Shown here one piece after another: positions 1-14,300 of a DNA stretch of 64,000 nucleotides. Source of the stretch: Somniosus microcephalus (lineage: Eukaryota); the NCBI GenBank assembly GCA_052327205.1, contig CM126205.1, positions 241,862,001-241,926,000 on the forward strand, written 5' to 3'. The position numbers and the translations under genes are program-made. Position 1 is the first letter of the stretch. Every line of letters begins with the position of its first letter. A model generated the notes under the pieces. It was given only the letters and a program-made list of their open reading frames with translations, made no database searches and was not told the origin of the DNA.

Positions 1-274
1 GTTAACCTTATAGTTAAAGAAACATCAAAGGATTTTGCTGTTATATCATGGGATCCTCCTCTTGTGGATGGTGGCAGTCCAGTTAAAAATTACATTGTAG
101 AGAAACGAGATGCTGAAAGAAAGGCATGGTCAACTGTAGCAACTGAATGTGCCAAGACAAGCTTCAGAATTATCAACTTGGAAGAAAGTAAATATTACTA
201 CTTCAGAGTTCTGGCTGAAAATGAGTATGGCATTGGTGAACCTTGTGAGACAAAAGATGCTGTGAGAGCTTCAG
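1..274 (+). CDS. TTN: TTN exon (~318, 5'-truncated), Fn3
   Basis: Fn3 ORF ending TCA G|gtaaag. Confidence 0.93.
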
Positions 275-397
275 GTAAAGAATAAAATAATACCTGTTAG
301 AGTGTAGCATAATTATTTTTCATAATGTAATACAGAGCAAAAAACTATGTATATTGTAATTATTTGCCACTAAAAATAATGCATTTTATTAATATAG

Positions 398-685
398 AAG
401 AACCTGGGCCTGTGATAGACTTGAAGTCTGCAGCTGTGTCCAAGAAATCTTGCACTTTGACATGGAAAAAACCAATCAGTGATGGTGGAACCCGAATTAT
501 TGCTTATGTTGTTGAAATGATGCTTGAAGGGGACAGGTTGCACGAGTTGATGAGGTCCAAGAATATGACATTTATAACAAATGAACTGGAAGAAGGAAAA
601 GAATACACTTTCAGAGTAAGAGCACAGAATGATGCTGGATACAGTGTACCACGTGAAATTACAGTTCTAGCAAAGGATCAAATTG
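398..685 (+). CDS. TTN: TTN exon ~319 (288 nt), Fn3
   Basis: atatag|AAGAACCT ... ATTG|gtgagt. Confidence 0.93.
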
Positions 686-859
686 GTGAGTAATTTTTCA
701 CATTACTATAGTAACAAGCTCCTATTGACGTCTACAGTTTGTCTTGCAATAAATACAAATTTGATTACAAGTGTGAATCGTTGAAAGTAGAATAAATGAT
801 ATTTGGTAATGGTAGCTAACCAAACTAGACCTAGATAGAAAAATGACACTGTACCTTGT

Positions 860-1200
860 CCTCCGAATGTTCTAAAGTGCTTCATAGCTAATAAATTACT
901 TTTAAAGTGTAGTCACTGCTGTTATGTAGACAAATATGGCAGCCACTGGAAATAAGGCGAATAACCAGTACACTTTTTTGTTGAGGAAGGAATGTTGTCC
1001 AGGATTTCAGAAAAATTCTCTATTCTTCTTCAAATTGTGCTCCTGAACCACCAAAGCAGATTGATGGAGCCTCAATTTAACATCTCAGTATTTCCTCAAT
1101 ACTACATTCAGTTGTCAGCCTAGATTACATGCTGAAGCCCAAATGGAGCTTCAGCCTACAAAGTTCTGACTGCGAGATGGGTGTGCGAAATGAGGCACAC
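860..1200 (-). mobile_element. Degenerate Deu-domain tRNA-SINE (SacSINE1-like)
   Basis: Colinear similarity to the better-preserved copy at 62280-62661 (cttttaaagtgtagtcactg, gtcagcctagatt); ends approximate. Confidence 0.65.
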
Positions 1201-1420
1201 TAACACCTAATCCTATAACAACTACAACCTTTAAAATGCCACTTAAACCTGTAACAATCCTGTAAAGCCTATACGTGTAACAATTTAATCTGGAAGTAGG
1301 TGAGCTTTAAAAAAAAATTGGTAATCTGCTTGGCAATTAACAGGTTTAAACTAAAACCACAACAATCAGATAGGATGTTTTGAATTTAAAAGGGAACCTC
1401 ACCACCAGTAAACTAAACTA

Positions 1421-2335
1421 TTAGGTCATGTCTGACTAATCTAGTTGAATTCTTTGAGGAGGTCACTAACAAGGTGGACAGAGGAGTGTCTATGAATGTT
1501 ATCTATATGGATTTCCAGAAGGCATTTGATAAGGTTCCGCACAAGAGATTATTAGCAAAATGAGAGCTAAGAAAGACAAATCGTAATATTTTCTTAATGG
1601 CGAGAGACTAGGAACTGTAGAGGAGCAAAGGGATTTGGGTGTCCAGGTACACAAATCACTAAAAGCTAGTGCACAGGTACAAAAAGTAATCAAAAAGGCT
1701 AATGGAATGTTGGCGTTTGTGTCAAGAGGGTTGGAATACAAAGGGGAGGAAGGTATGCTTCAGTTGTACAGAGCCTTGGTCAAACCATCAGGAGTATTGC
1801 ATTCAGTTCTGGGCACCAAACCTCAGGAAGGATATATTGGCCTTGGAGTGGGTATAGCACAGATTTACCAGAATTATATTGGGGCTTAGTGGGTTATATT
1901 ATGTGGACAGATTTCATAAACTTGGGATGCATTTTCTTGAGTTTAAAAAGTTATGGGGTGATCGAATTGAGGTGTTTAAATTGATAAATGGATTAAATAA
2001 AGTAGATACAGAGAAGCTATTTTCTCTGGTGGAGGAATCCAGAACATGGGGATACAATCTTAAAATTAGGACTAGGTCATTCCTGAGTGAAATCAGGAAG
2101 CACTTTTTCACACAAAGGGTAGTGGAAATATGTCATTCTTTCCCTCAAAAGGCTGTGGATGCTGGGACAATTGAAATTTTCAAAACTGACATCAACATAT
2201 TTTTATTAGGTTAAGGGTATCAAGGGATATGGATTGAAGGCAGGTAAATGGAGTTGAGTTACAGATCGGCCAAGATCTAATTGAATGGCGTAACAACATC
2301 GAGAGGCTGAATGGCCCACTCCTGTTCCTATTATT
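1421..2335 (+). mobile_element. CR1-type LINE, internally deleted RT fragment plus 3' tail
   Basis: SCLTNLVEFFEEV, MDFQKAFDKVPH, KANGMLAFVSRG, FFTQRVV peptides with frameshifts; tail ggctgaatggcccactcctgttcct. Confidence 0.9.
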
Positions 2336-2693
2336 ATAGGATAGACATAGTATTTCCACCTTTTATTTATAAGGTTCCAAGTCTTAATAAATTACATTTT
2401 TCTTACATTATTAAGGTTGGCACAAGCTAAATGCACAATGTGAACAGTAGTTCTAATAGTTACATCAGTTGGTCAGTGACCGTTATAATAATCTCATTGA
2501 AATTGTTTAGCCTATGTCACCTATGGTAAATTATTTTAAGTCAATCCTCAAGCTACACAGTATACCTTCTTAGGGTTTTACCTATAATAAAACATTGCAA
2601 GTTATTATTAAAACATAAGATCGGTTTCAAAATATAATTATCAAAATTGAAATTTGAACTTATTAAATTAAATCACTCTCTTTTTCTTAATAG

Positions 2694-3281
2694 TACCACC
2701 AAATATTGATTTAAGAGACATCCCTGACCTAACATACATTGCCAAGGAGGGAAGTAGTATCCGTATAAAGATTCCAATCAGTGGCAAACCTGCACCAAAT
2801 GTAACATGGAAGAAAGGTGAAGACCAGCTACAGGAAAGTGGAAGAGTATATGTGGAATCCACAGCAATTAATACAACACTCGCAGTGCGAGATTGTCAAA
2901 AGAATGATGCTGGAAAATACACAATCAACTTGAAGAATGCTGCTGGCATGAAAGAAGCTGCAATATTCATGAAAGTAGTTGGAAAGCCTGGAATACCAAC
3001 TGCACCTTTACGTTTTGATGAAGTAACAGCAGATGCAATGACTTTAATCTGGGCTCCCCCTAAGGATGATGGTGGTGCAGAAATTACTAATTATATTTTA
3101 GAAAAGCGAGATAACATCACCAATAAATGGGTGACATGCGCCTCTGCTGTACAAAAAACAACATTCAGAATTACAAGGCTTCAAGAAGGAAATGAGTACA
3201 TGTTTAGAGTCAGTGCTGAGAATAAATATGGAGTGGGTGAAGGCCTGAAATCTGACCCTATCATAGCCAGGCATCCATTTG
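2694..3281 (+). CDS. TTN: TTN exon ~320 (588 nt), Ig+Fn3
   Basis: aatag|TACCACC ... CCATTTG|gtaagc. Confidence 0.95.
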
Positions 3282-3373
3282 GTAAGCATCAATGCATTTT
3301 GCAACTAAACTTTAATTACAGTGCTACATTCATTTTTAAACTGATTAGTATTTCTCTCTCTCCCTCCCCCAAG

Positions 3374-3478
3374 CTGTGCCTGATGCTCCTTTACCACCAG
3401 AAATAGTTGCAGTCAGACATGACTCTGTCTCCCTTACTTGGACGGATCCAAAGAGGACTGGTGGCTCCCCTATCACAG
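3374..3478 (+). CDS. TTN: TTN exon ~321 (105 nt), N-half of Fn3
   Basis: ccaag|CTGTGCC ... ATCACAG|gtacaa. Confidence 0.9.
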
Positions 3479-3569
3479 GTACAAAGTATAAATGTCTCCC
3501 TTTTGACCAGCAATTAAACATATATAACTTTGCAACATTTATTTTAAACTATTTATTTTTTTGCACCAG

Positions 3570-3767
3570 GTTATCATGTTGAGTATAAAGAAAGAAACAG
3601 CCTCCTTTGGAAGCGAGCAAACAAGACCGCACTAAGAATGAAGGATTTTAGAGTGCCAGGCTTGACTGAAGGTCTTGAATATGAATTTAGAGTTATAGCA
3701 ATTAACTTGGCTGGTGAAGGCAAACCTAGTGGACCATCACATCCCGTTACTACACTTGATCCAATTG
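3570..3767 (+). CDS. TTN: TTN exon ~322 (198 nt), C-half of Fn3; not in ORF track
   Basis: accag|GTTATCAT ([14 protein letters not shown]) ... ATTG|gtacgt. Confidence 0.93.
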
Positions 3768-3863
3768 GTACGTGAAATCCATTGCACAGTTGCTCATTTG
3801 TTGTTATTACATATTATAAATGACAAAATCATCATCTGACATATAAAATGTTTTTCTTTTCAG

Positions 3864-4160
3864 ATCCTCCTGGAAAACCTGAAGTCATTAATGTTACCCG
3901 GAACTCTGTGACCCTAATGTGGACTGAGCCAAAGTATGATGGTGGTCACAAACTAGTTGGCTACATTGTTGAGAAACGTGACCTGCCTTCAAAGGCCTGG
4001 ATGAAAGCAAATCATATTAACATTCAAGAGTGTGCTTTTACTGTTAATGATCTTACTGAGGGCTGTAAGTATGAATTCCGTGTAAGAGCAAAGAATGGAG
4101 CAGGAGCAATTAGTCCACCATCTGAAACTACAGGAACCATTATCTGCCAGGATGAATATG
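3864..4160 (+). CDS. TTN: TTN exon ~323 (297 nt), Fn3
   Basis: ttcag|ATCCTCC ... TATG|gtatgt. Confidence 0.95.
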
Positions 4161-4254
4161 GTATGTAATTTTCTTTTTTGCCACATGATAAAAAAGATTT
4201 AAAAAACACATTTAGTATTACTAATACACTTCTTTATTTCTTTTATACCTACAG

Positions 4255-4842
4255 TACCACCAACAATTGTAATTGATCCTACTGTTAAAGAAGGGTTAAC
4301 AGTTAAAGCTGGTGATACTATTATAATTACTGCTACTAGTATTCTTGGCAAACCTCCACCAACATCAGTATGGTCTAAGGGTGGAAAAGACTTCAAGGTC
4401 TCTGACATTGTCCAAATTGAAAAAACTCCAACTTCCTCAACACTGTCTGTTAAATACGCTACTAGAAAAGATTCTGGCGAATATACTATCACTGCCAGCA
4501 ATCCATTTGGCATCAAAGAAGAAAATGTGCGCGTTAAAGTGTTGGATGTTCCAGGTCCTCCAGGACCTATTGAAATAAGCAATGTTTCATCTGAGAAAGT
4601 TACACTAAATTGGTTACCTCCAGCTGAAGATGGAGGTTCTCCAGTCAAATCTTACACAATTGAAAAGAGAGAAACCAGTCGTCTTCTCTGGACTTTAGTT
4701 GCCGAAAATGTTCCAAGCTGCAGATATGTTGCAAGCAAACTTATACAGGGAAATGAATATATCTTCCGTGTCTTTGCTGTAAATCATTATGGGATTGGTG
4801 AGCCAGTACAGGCGGAACCAGTTAAGATGGTGGATAGTTTTG
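4255..4842 (+). CDS. TTN: TTN exon ~324 (588 nt), Ig+Fn3
   Basis: tacag|TACCACC ... TTTG|gtaatc. Confidence 0.95.
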
Positions 4843-4938
4843 GTAATCACATTTATTTTAAAATATTGAGCATTACATGACTTTTGTATATTTGGCTTGA
4901 TAGAAACTTAAACTTCATTTGTGATATTCCTCTTTCAG

Positions 4939-5241
4939 GTCCCCCTGGCCCACCTGCAAAGCCTGAGGTTACTAATGTTACCAAAAATACAGTTACTATT
5001 GGCTGGAAGAGGCCAGCTGATGATGGTGGTAGTGAAATCACAGGATACATTGTGGAGCGTAAAGAAAAGAAAGGCCTCAGATGGGTTAGAGCAACAAAGA
5101 AACCAATCTCAGATCTACGACATAAAGTAACAGGACTCAATGAAGGAACTGAGTATGAATTCCGTATCAGTGCAGAAAATAAGGCAGGCATTGGAGCACC
5201 AAGTGAACCGTCACAACCAGTATTGACAAAAGATGTAGCAT
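4939..5241 (+). CDS. TTN: TTN exon ~325 (303 nt), Fn3
   Basis: ttcag|GTCCCCC ... GCAT|gtaagt. Confidence 0.95.
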
Positions 5242-5356
5242 GTAAGTATTAAATTTACATCACAGTTTTCTCATCTTTGTTATCGGTAAATTATTCTGTG
5301 AAAATAGACATACTTAAATATAACTATATTATTTTCTTTTCATTTAATTTATACAG

Positions 5357-8300
5357 ATGTACCTGGACCGCCTTCTAACCCAAGAGTGGTTGACACAACA
5401 AAGACTACTGCTAGTTTGACTTGGGGAAAACCCCACTATGATGGTGGCCTTGACATTATTGGCTATATAGTCGAACACAAGAAAGAAGGAGATGAGAACT
5501 GGATAAAAGACACAACAGGCACCGCACTCAGAATAACTGAATTTGTTGTTGCTAACCTTCAGTCAGGAGAAAAATACCACTTCAGAGTTAGTGCCCTCAA
5601 TGCAGAGGGTGCTGGTGAACCTGCACAAGTTGAAGGTGTTATTGAAATTAAGGAGCGTGAACAAGGACCTGATTTTGAGTTAGATGCTGAGCTGAGAAGA
5701 ACTCTTGTTGTCAGAGCTGGAGTAACCATTCGCATTTTTGTACCAATCAAGGGACGTCCAACTCCTGATGTCACATGGTTTAAAGGAGACATCCCTGTTA
5801 AAGGCTGTGCCACTGTAGAAACCACAGATTCATACACATTTCTGCTTATCCCTGACTGCACAAGATATGATGCTGGAAAGTACACAATGTGTCTTGAAAA
5901 TGTTGCTGGTAAAAAGAGTGGTTTTGTAAATGTGCGAGTCCTAGACTCACCAGGACCACCTATAAATCTCAAAGCCAGAGAAGTAACAAAAGATAGCATT
6001 ACAATCCAATGGGATACGCCAATGATTGATGGTGGTTCACGGGTAACCAATTACATTGTAGAAAAACGAGAATCAACTCGGAAGGCATACTCTACCGTCA
6101 CAACCAATTGCCAGAAATGTTCACTCAGAATTGTCAATTTGTCAGAAGGATGTGAGTATTATTTCAGAGTAATGGCAGAGAATGAATATGGCATAGGTGA
6201 ACCAGCTGAGACTGCAGATCCTTTAAGAGCATCTGAAGCCCCATCACCTCCAGAACGCCTGCATATTATGAATATAACAAAGCATACTGTTAGTCTAGCT
6301 TGGCCAAAACCAGAACATGACGGCGGTAGCAAGATTACAGGGTATCTACTTGAGGCACAGAAGAAAGATTCTGAAAAGTGGTTGTCTCTGGCAACTGTAA
6401 AGGCACTAGATTATGTTGCAAAGAATCTTAATGAAAATGAAGAATATACATTCCGAGTCACAGCAGTAAATGCTGCTGGAAAGAGTGATCCACGAGAAAG
6501 CAGACCCGTTGTTGTCAAGGAACAAACAATGCTTCCAGAATTTGATCTGCGTGGCATATACCAGAAGCTTGTGATTGCAAAGGCAGGTGATAATATCAAA
6601 GTTGATATCCCTGTTCTTGGTCGGCCAAAACCAACAGTCACATGGAAGAAGGAAGACCAGCCTTTGAAGCAAACACAGAGAATAAATATTGAAAATACAG
6701 CAAACTCAACCATACTTAACATCAATGAATGCATAAGAAATGATAGTGGCAAGTTTACACTAACAGCTAGAAATATACTTGGTGAAGTAAGTGACATCAT
6801 CACTGTTCAGGTTCATGACATACCTGGACCCCCCAAAGGGCCAATTAAGTTTGATGAAATTTCATCTGATTACCTTTTGTTTTCATGGGAGCCTCCTGAA
6901 AGTGATGGTGGAGTGCCAATAAACAATTACATTGTAGAAATGCGTGAGACCAACAGTACTTCATGGGTAGAGCTAGCAGCTACTGTAATACGTACAACAT
7001 TTAAAGCTCCTCGCCTTACTACTGGAACTGAATACCAATTCCGAGTTAAGGCTCAAAACAGATATGGTACTGGTCCTGCAATTGTTTCAGAGGCTGTTGT
7101 TGCAGCATATCCATTTAAGGTGCCTGGACCTCCTGGAACTCCACAAGTTATTGCTGTTAATAAGGATTCAATGTCTATCACCTGGAATGACCCTGTTTCT
7201 GATGGTGGAAGTCCCATTTTGGGATACCACATTGAAAGAAAGGAAAGAAATAGTATACTGTGGCAAACTGTAAGTAAGACTTTGGTTGTAGGCACCACAT
7301 TTAAATCAGCTGGGCTTACTGATGGCATTGCATACGAATTCCGTGTTGTAGCAGAAAACATGGCTGGGAAAGGTAAACCAAGTAAACCATCAGAATCAGT
7401 ATATGCATTGGACCCCATTGATCCTCCTGGTAAACCAGTTCCACTTAACATTACAAGAAATTCTGTAACACTCACCTGGACAAAACCAGAATATGATGGA
7501 GGCTTTAAGATAACTGGTTACACAGTTGAAAAGAGAGATCTGCCTAATGGCCGCTGGCTTAAGGCAAACTTTAGCAATGTGCTAGAGACTGTGTTTACTG
7601 TCAGTGGTCTTAATGAAGGTGACACATATGAATTCCGCATAGTAGCTCGAAATGCTGCTGGTTCGGTCAGCAAGCCATCTGAGCCTACTGATGCAATAAT
7701 ATGCAGAGATGACATTGAAGAACCCAGAATAATGGTTGATGCTAAATTCAGGAGTGTTTTACTATTGAAAGCTGGTGAAAACTTCAAACTTGAGGCAGAT
7801 GTTAGAGGACAGCCACCACCAACAATGGTTTGGACAAAAGATGGAAATGATCTTGAAGAAACAGGAAAACTAGAAGTAAAGATGACAGATTTCTCTACTG
7901 TTCTAATCCACAAAGACAGTGTAAGAAGAGATGGTGGTGCTTATACACTTACTGCATCCAATCCTGGAGGATCAGCGCAGCATGTTTTTAACGTCAAGAT
8001 TTTGGATAGGCCAGGACCTCCTGAAGGACCTATAGTAATTTCAAACGTCACGGCAGAAAAATGTGTGATATCGTGGTTGCCACCACCAGATGATGGTGGT
8101 GCAAAGATTGAACATTATGTAGTTGAAAAACGTGAAACCAGTAGACTTGCGTGGACAAATGTGGCTGCAGATGTTCAAATAACCAAATTAAAGATAACCA
8201 AACTTCTGCAAGGGAATGAATATATTTTCCGTGTTATGGCAGTAAATAAATATGGGGTTGGTGAGCCATTAGAATCTGATCCTGTTGTTGCCGTTAATCC

Positions 8301-11300
8301 ATTTGTACCACCTAGCCCACCAAAGACACCTGAAGTTACAGCAATTACAAAGGATTCAATGGTGGTTTGTTGGGGACATCCTGATTCTGATGGTGGCAGT
8401 GAAATTACTAACTACATTGTTGAGAGGCGTGACAGGACAGGAATGCGTTGGGTTAAATGTAACAAAAGAACAGTCACTGATTTACGATACAAAGTTGGTA
8501 GGCTCACAGAAGGACATGAATATGAATACAGAATCATGGCTGAAAATGCTGCTGGTGTAAGTCAACCCAGTTCTTCCAGCTCATACTACAAAGCAATTGA
8601 CACTGTATTCAAACCTGGACCACCAGGTAACCCTAGAGTGCTAGATACCAGCAGATCTTCAATCACTATTGCATGGAATAAACCTATTTATGATGGTGGC
8701 TCAGAAATTACAGGTTACATGGTTGAAACAAGTCTACCTGAAGAAGATGAATGGACAGTTGTAACACCACAGAGTGGACTCAAGGCTACATCATTCACAA
8801 TCACTGATCTAAAAGAAAACCAAGAGTACAAAGTTCACATATACGCTATCAACTCTGAAGGTATTGGAGAGCCTGCACAAATTCCTGGAACAGCTAAAGC
8901 TGAAGAAAGGTTATTGCCTCCCGAGATTGAGCTTGATGCAGACTTGCGCAAAGTGGTATCTATAAGAGCTTGCTGCACTTTGAGATTATTTGTTACAGTT
9001 AGAGGAAGACCAACACCTGAGATTAAATGGGCAAGGGAAGATGGGAAGCCCCTTGATAGAGCTTCAATTGAAACTACAAGCTCATACACTCTCCTTATCA
9101 TTTCAAATGTAAATCGATTTGATAGTGGCAAATATGTCTTAACAGTAGAGAACAGTGGTGGCAGCAAGACCGCTTTTGTAAATGTTAGAGTTCTGGATAC
9201 CCCAGGAGCAGCACAGAATCTTAAAATTAAGGAAGTTTCCAAAGACTCTGTTACAATTACTTGGGAGCCCCCACTCATTGATGGTGGCTCCAAGATTAAG
9301 AATTACATAGTGGAGAAAAGAGAATCAACAAGAAAAGCATACTCTACAGTGATTGCCAACTGTCATAAGACAAGCTGGAAGGTGGATCACTTACAAGAAG
9401 GTTGTAACTATTACTTCCGTGTCCTAGCTGAAAATGAGTATGGAATAGGTCTTCCTGTTGAGACATCTGACTCAGTTAAAGTATCAGAAAGACCACTTCC
9501 ACCAGGCAAAGTAACTCTTGTGGATGTGACAAGAAACAGTGCAGCTTTGTCATGGGAAAAACCAGAGCATGACGGAGGCAGCAGAATTTTAGGATACATA
9601 GTGGAAATGCAAAGTAAAGGCAGTGAAAAGTGGACAACATGTGCTACCGTGAAAGTAACTGAAGCCACCATAAAAGGCTTGACACAAGGTGAAGAGTATA
9701 TGTTCCGAGTATCAGCACAAAATGAGAAAGGTGTCAGTGAACCTCGACAGCTGGGAGTCCCTGTAATTGCAAAGGATCTTGTGATTGCTCCTGCTTTTAA
9801 GCTTCTATTTACCACATTCAGTGTCCTAGCAGGAGAAGATTTAAAAGTTGATGTACCATTTATTGGACGCCCTATACCAACAGTATCTTGGCTGAAAGAT
9901 AATCAGTTATTAAAACAAACAACAAGGATTAATGCTGAGAGCAAAGATAATAAAGCAGTTCTGATTATCAAGGAGGCCTGTCGTGAAGATGTTGGTCAGT
10001 ACAATATAAAACTTACAAATACTGCTGGTGAAGCATCTCAAAATCTTAGTATTGTTGTTTTAGACAAGCCTGGGCCTCCAACTGGACCAGTCAAAATTGA
10101 TGAGGTTACTGCAGACAATATCATTATATCATGGAAACCACCAGAATATGATGGTGGCTGTCAAATCAGTAATTATATTGTCGAAAAGAGAGACACTTCA
10201 ACAACTGTCTGGCAGATTGTTTCTGCTACTGTTGCCCGAATAACTATCAAAGCTGCACGTTTAAAGACTGGTACCGAATATCAATTCAGAATTGCAGCTG
10301 AAAATAGATATGGAAAGAGCAGTTATCTTACTTCTGAATCTGTTGTGGCACAATACCCTTACAAGACCCCTGGTCCACCTGGTACTCCTTTCATAATAAA
10401 TGTTTCAAAGGACAGCATGGTAGTACAATGGAATGAACCTGTCAATGATGGTGGCAGCAAGATTCTAGGTTACCATCTTGAACGTAAAGAAAGAAACAGC
10501 ATCTTATGGGTCAAACTGAACAAGTCAATTATTTCTGATACTAAATTAAAGTCCATTAATCTTGAGGAGGGCATTGAATATGAATATAGAGTGTACGGTG
10601 AGAATATTGTTGGCATTGGCAAACCTAGCAAAGTATCTGAATGTGTAGCAGCTAGAGATCCTTGTGATCCTCCTGGTCGTCCTGAAGCTCTAATTGTCAC
10701 TAGAAATGCAGTGACACTGCAGTGGACCAAACCTGAATATGACGGTGGCAGCAAAGTCACTGGCTACATTGTTGAAAAGAAAGAACTTCCAGATGGTCGT
10801 TGGATGAAGGCCAGCTTTACTAATGTCATTGATACCCAGTTTGCTGTAACTGGCTTAGTAGAGGACCAGAGATATGAATTCAGGGTAATTGCTAGAAACG
10901 CAGCTAGTGTATTCAGTGAACCATCTGAATCCACTGGTCCAATTACTGTTAGAGATGAAGTAGACCCACCTCGAATTAGCATGGATCCACAATATAGGGA
11001 AGCTATTGTAGTACATGCAGGTGAATCATTCAAAATTGAAGCTGATGTTTATGGCAAACCAATACCTACAATCCAGTGGATGAAAGTAGAGAAAGAACTT
11101 GCAAATACAGCTAGGCTTGAAATTAAAAGTACAGACTTTAACACAATTCTGACTGTCAAGGAAACTATTCGTGTAGACAGTGGCCAGTATACCCTGTTGG
11201 TAAAGAATGTAGCTGGTCAAAAGTCTGTTGCTGTTAATGTGAAGGTGCTAGACAGACCAGGACCACCAGAAGGGCCAATTGCTATAACTGGAGTAAATAC

Positions 11301-14300
11301 TGAGAAATGCACATTAAACTGGAAGCCACCAAAACAAGATGGTGGCAGTGATGTTTCACATTACATTATTGAAAAAAGAGAAACAAGTCGTTTGGTTTGG
11401 ACAGTAGTTGAGTCTAATGTACAGACTCTGAGTTGCAAAGTTACCAAACTCCTGGAAGGAAATGAATATATCTTCCGTGTTATGGGTGTAAACAAATATG
11501 GTGTAGGTGAGGCACTTGAATCTGATCCAGTAATAGCAAAGAATCCATTTGTACGCCCTGATGCACCAAAAGCACCTGAGGTTACCGCTGTCACAAAGGA
11601 CTCAATGATTGTTGTATGGGAAAGACCTGCATCCGATGGTGGTAGTGAAATTCATGGTTACATTTTGGAAAAACGTGACAAGGAGGGCATAAGATGGACA
11701 AGGTGTAACAAACGGCTGGTTAGTGAACTACGTTTCAGGGCAACTGGACTTGTTGAAAACCACAATTATGAATTTAGGGTATCTGCTGAGAATGCTGCTG
11801 GTGTCAGTGAACCAAGTCCATGCTCCATTTTCTACAAGGCATCTGACCCTATCTACAAACCTGGACCACCCAACAATCCTAAAGTAACTGATTTTACAAG
11901 ATCTTCTGTTTTCCTTTCATGGGGAAAACCCATTTATGATGGTGGATGTGAAATCCAAGGGTACCTTGTAGAGATGTGTGACATAAGTACTGATGAATGG
12001 ATAATGTGCACTCCAGCAAGTGGCATTAAGCAGACCCAATTTGAAATGGATAAATTGGTGGAAAAGCATGAATACAAGTTCCGTGTCTGTGCTGTCAACA
12101 AGGCTGGAGTTGGTGAACATGCTGACATTCCTGGCACTGTCCTTTTGGAGGATAAATTAGAAACCCCAGATCTTGACCTTGATGCTGATTTAAGGAAGGT
12201 TATTAATGTCAGAGCTAGTTGTTCATTGAGATTATTTGTTCCTATCAGAGGGCGTCCTGCTCCAGAAGTGAAATGGACCAAGGCAGATGGTGAAATAAGG
12301 GACACCGCACAGATTGAAGTTTCTGAAAGTTATACATTACTTGTAATTGATAATGTTAACAGATATGACTCTGGCAAATACATATTAAATTTAGAAAACA
12401 GTAGCGGAACAAAATCTGCCTTCATTACTGTGAGAGTCCTTGATACACCAAGCCCACCAGTTAATCTTAAAATAAAGGAGATAACAAAGGATAGTGTCAC
12501 CTTATCCTGGGAACATCCTCTGTTGGATGGAGGTGCTAAAATTAAGAATTTCATCGTAGAAAAGCGAGAATCTACAAGGAAAGCCTACTCAGCTGTTATC
12601 ACCAACTGTCACAAGACTTCTTTTAAGATAGAACAACTTCAGGAAGGTTGCAATTATTATTTTAGAGTAACTGCTGAAAACGAGCATGGAATTGGATTAC
12701 CTGCAGAAACTCTTGACCCAGTTAAAATATCTGAGGTGCCACAGCCTCCAGGAAAAATAACAGTGGTTGATGTGACAAGAAAGTCTGTGTCCCTTACGTG
12801 GGAGAAACCGGAACATGATGGTGGTAGCAAGATTATCCAGTATATTGTAGAAATGCAAACTAAAGGAAGTGAAAAATGGTTAGCATGTGCTCATGTAAAA
12901 TCACTTGAGGCAATAATCAATAGCCTGATACAAGGAGAGGAGTATCTGTTTAGAGTCATGGCAGTAAATGAAAAAGGCAAGAGTGACCCAAGAACTCTTG
13001 CAGTGCCAGTGGTTGCTAAAGATCTAGTGATTGAACCAGATGTCCGACCAGCATTTAGTAGTTATAGTGTACAGGTAGGACATGACTTAAAAGTTGAGAT
13101 CCCTATAGCTGGACGTCCTAAACCAACAATTACTTGGACAAAGGATGGTCAGCCACTCAAGCAGACAACTAGAGTCAATGTTATTGATTCTGACAATACA
13201 GTACTAAGCATCAAGGAATCAACTAGAGATGATAGTGGATTGTACGGTATCACTGTAGTTAATGTTGTTGGACAAAAGGCAGCATCTATTGAAATAATAA
13301 CACTTGATAAGCCTGGTCCACCAAGTGGTCCTGTAAGGTTTGACACAGTTAGTGCTGAAAGCATCGCAATTTCATGGGATCCACCAAGCTTTACTGGTGG
13401 CTGTCAGATTACTAACTATGTAGTTGAGAGGAGAGATACAACTACCATAAACTGGGAGATTGTTTCAGCTACAATTGCTAGAACAAGTCTAAAGATAACC
13501 AAACTTAAAACTGGAGCAGAATATCAGTTTAGAATATTCGCCGAAAATAGGTATGGTAGAAGTTTTGCTTTGGATTCTGAGGCAGTTTTAGCACAGTATC
13601 CATTTAAAGAGCCTGGCCCACCAGGTACACCATTCGTTGCAACTGTTACTAAGGACAGCATGGAGGTGCAGTGGCATGAACCAATTAATGACGGAGGTAG
13701 CAAAATCTTGGGATATCATCTTGAGCGCAAAGAAAGAAACAGTATTCTTTGGACAAAAATCAATAGAACCATTATACAGGACACAAGATTTAAGACCACA
13801 GGACTTGAAGAAGGCATTGAATATGAATTCAAAGTATATGCTGAAAATATTGTTGGTATTGGAAAACCCAGCAAAGTGTCTGAATGCTATGTTGCTCGTG
13901 ATCCATGTGATCCTCCAGGTTGTCCGGAAGCCATTATCGTAACCAGGAACTCAATATCACTTCAATGGACAAAGCCAGAATACGATGGTGGCAGCATCAT
14001 TACTGGATATTTGGTAGAGAAGCGTGATTTACCTGAGGGTCGCTGGATGAAGGCAAGCTTTACAAATGTCATTGAGACTCAATTCACTGTAACTGGTCTC
14101 ACTGAAGATGAAAAGTATGACTTCAGGGTTATCGCTAAGAATGCTGCAGGTACAATTAGCAAACCATCTGATAACACAGGGCCAATCACTGCAAAGGATG
14201 AAGTTGAACCACCTAGAATATCTATGGATCCAAAATACAGAGACACAATAGTGGTTAATGCAGGTGATGCACTTAAGCTAGATGCTGATGTTCATGGCAA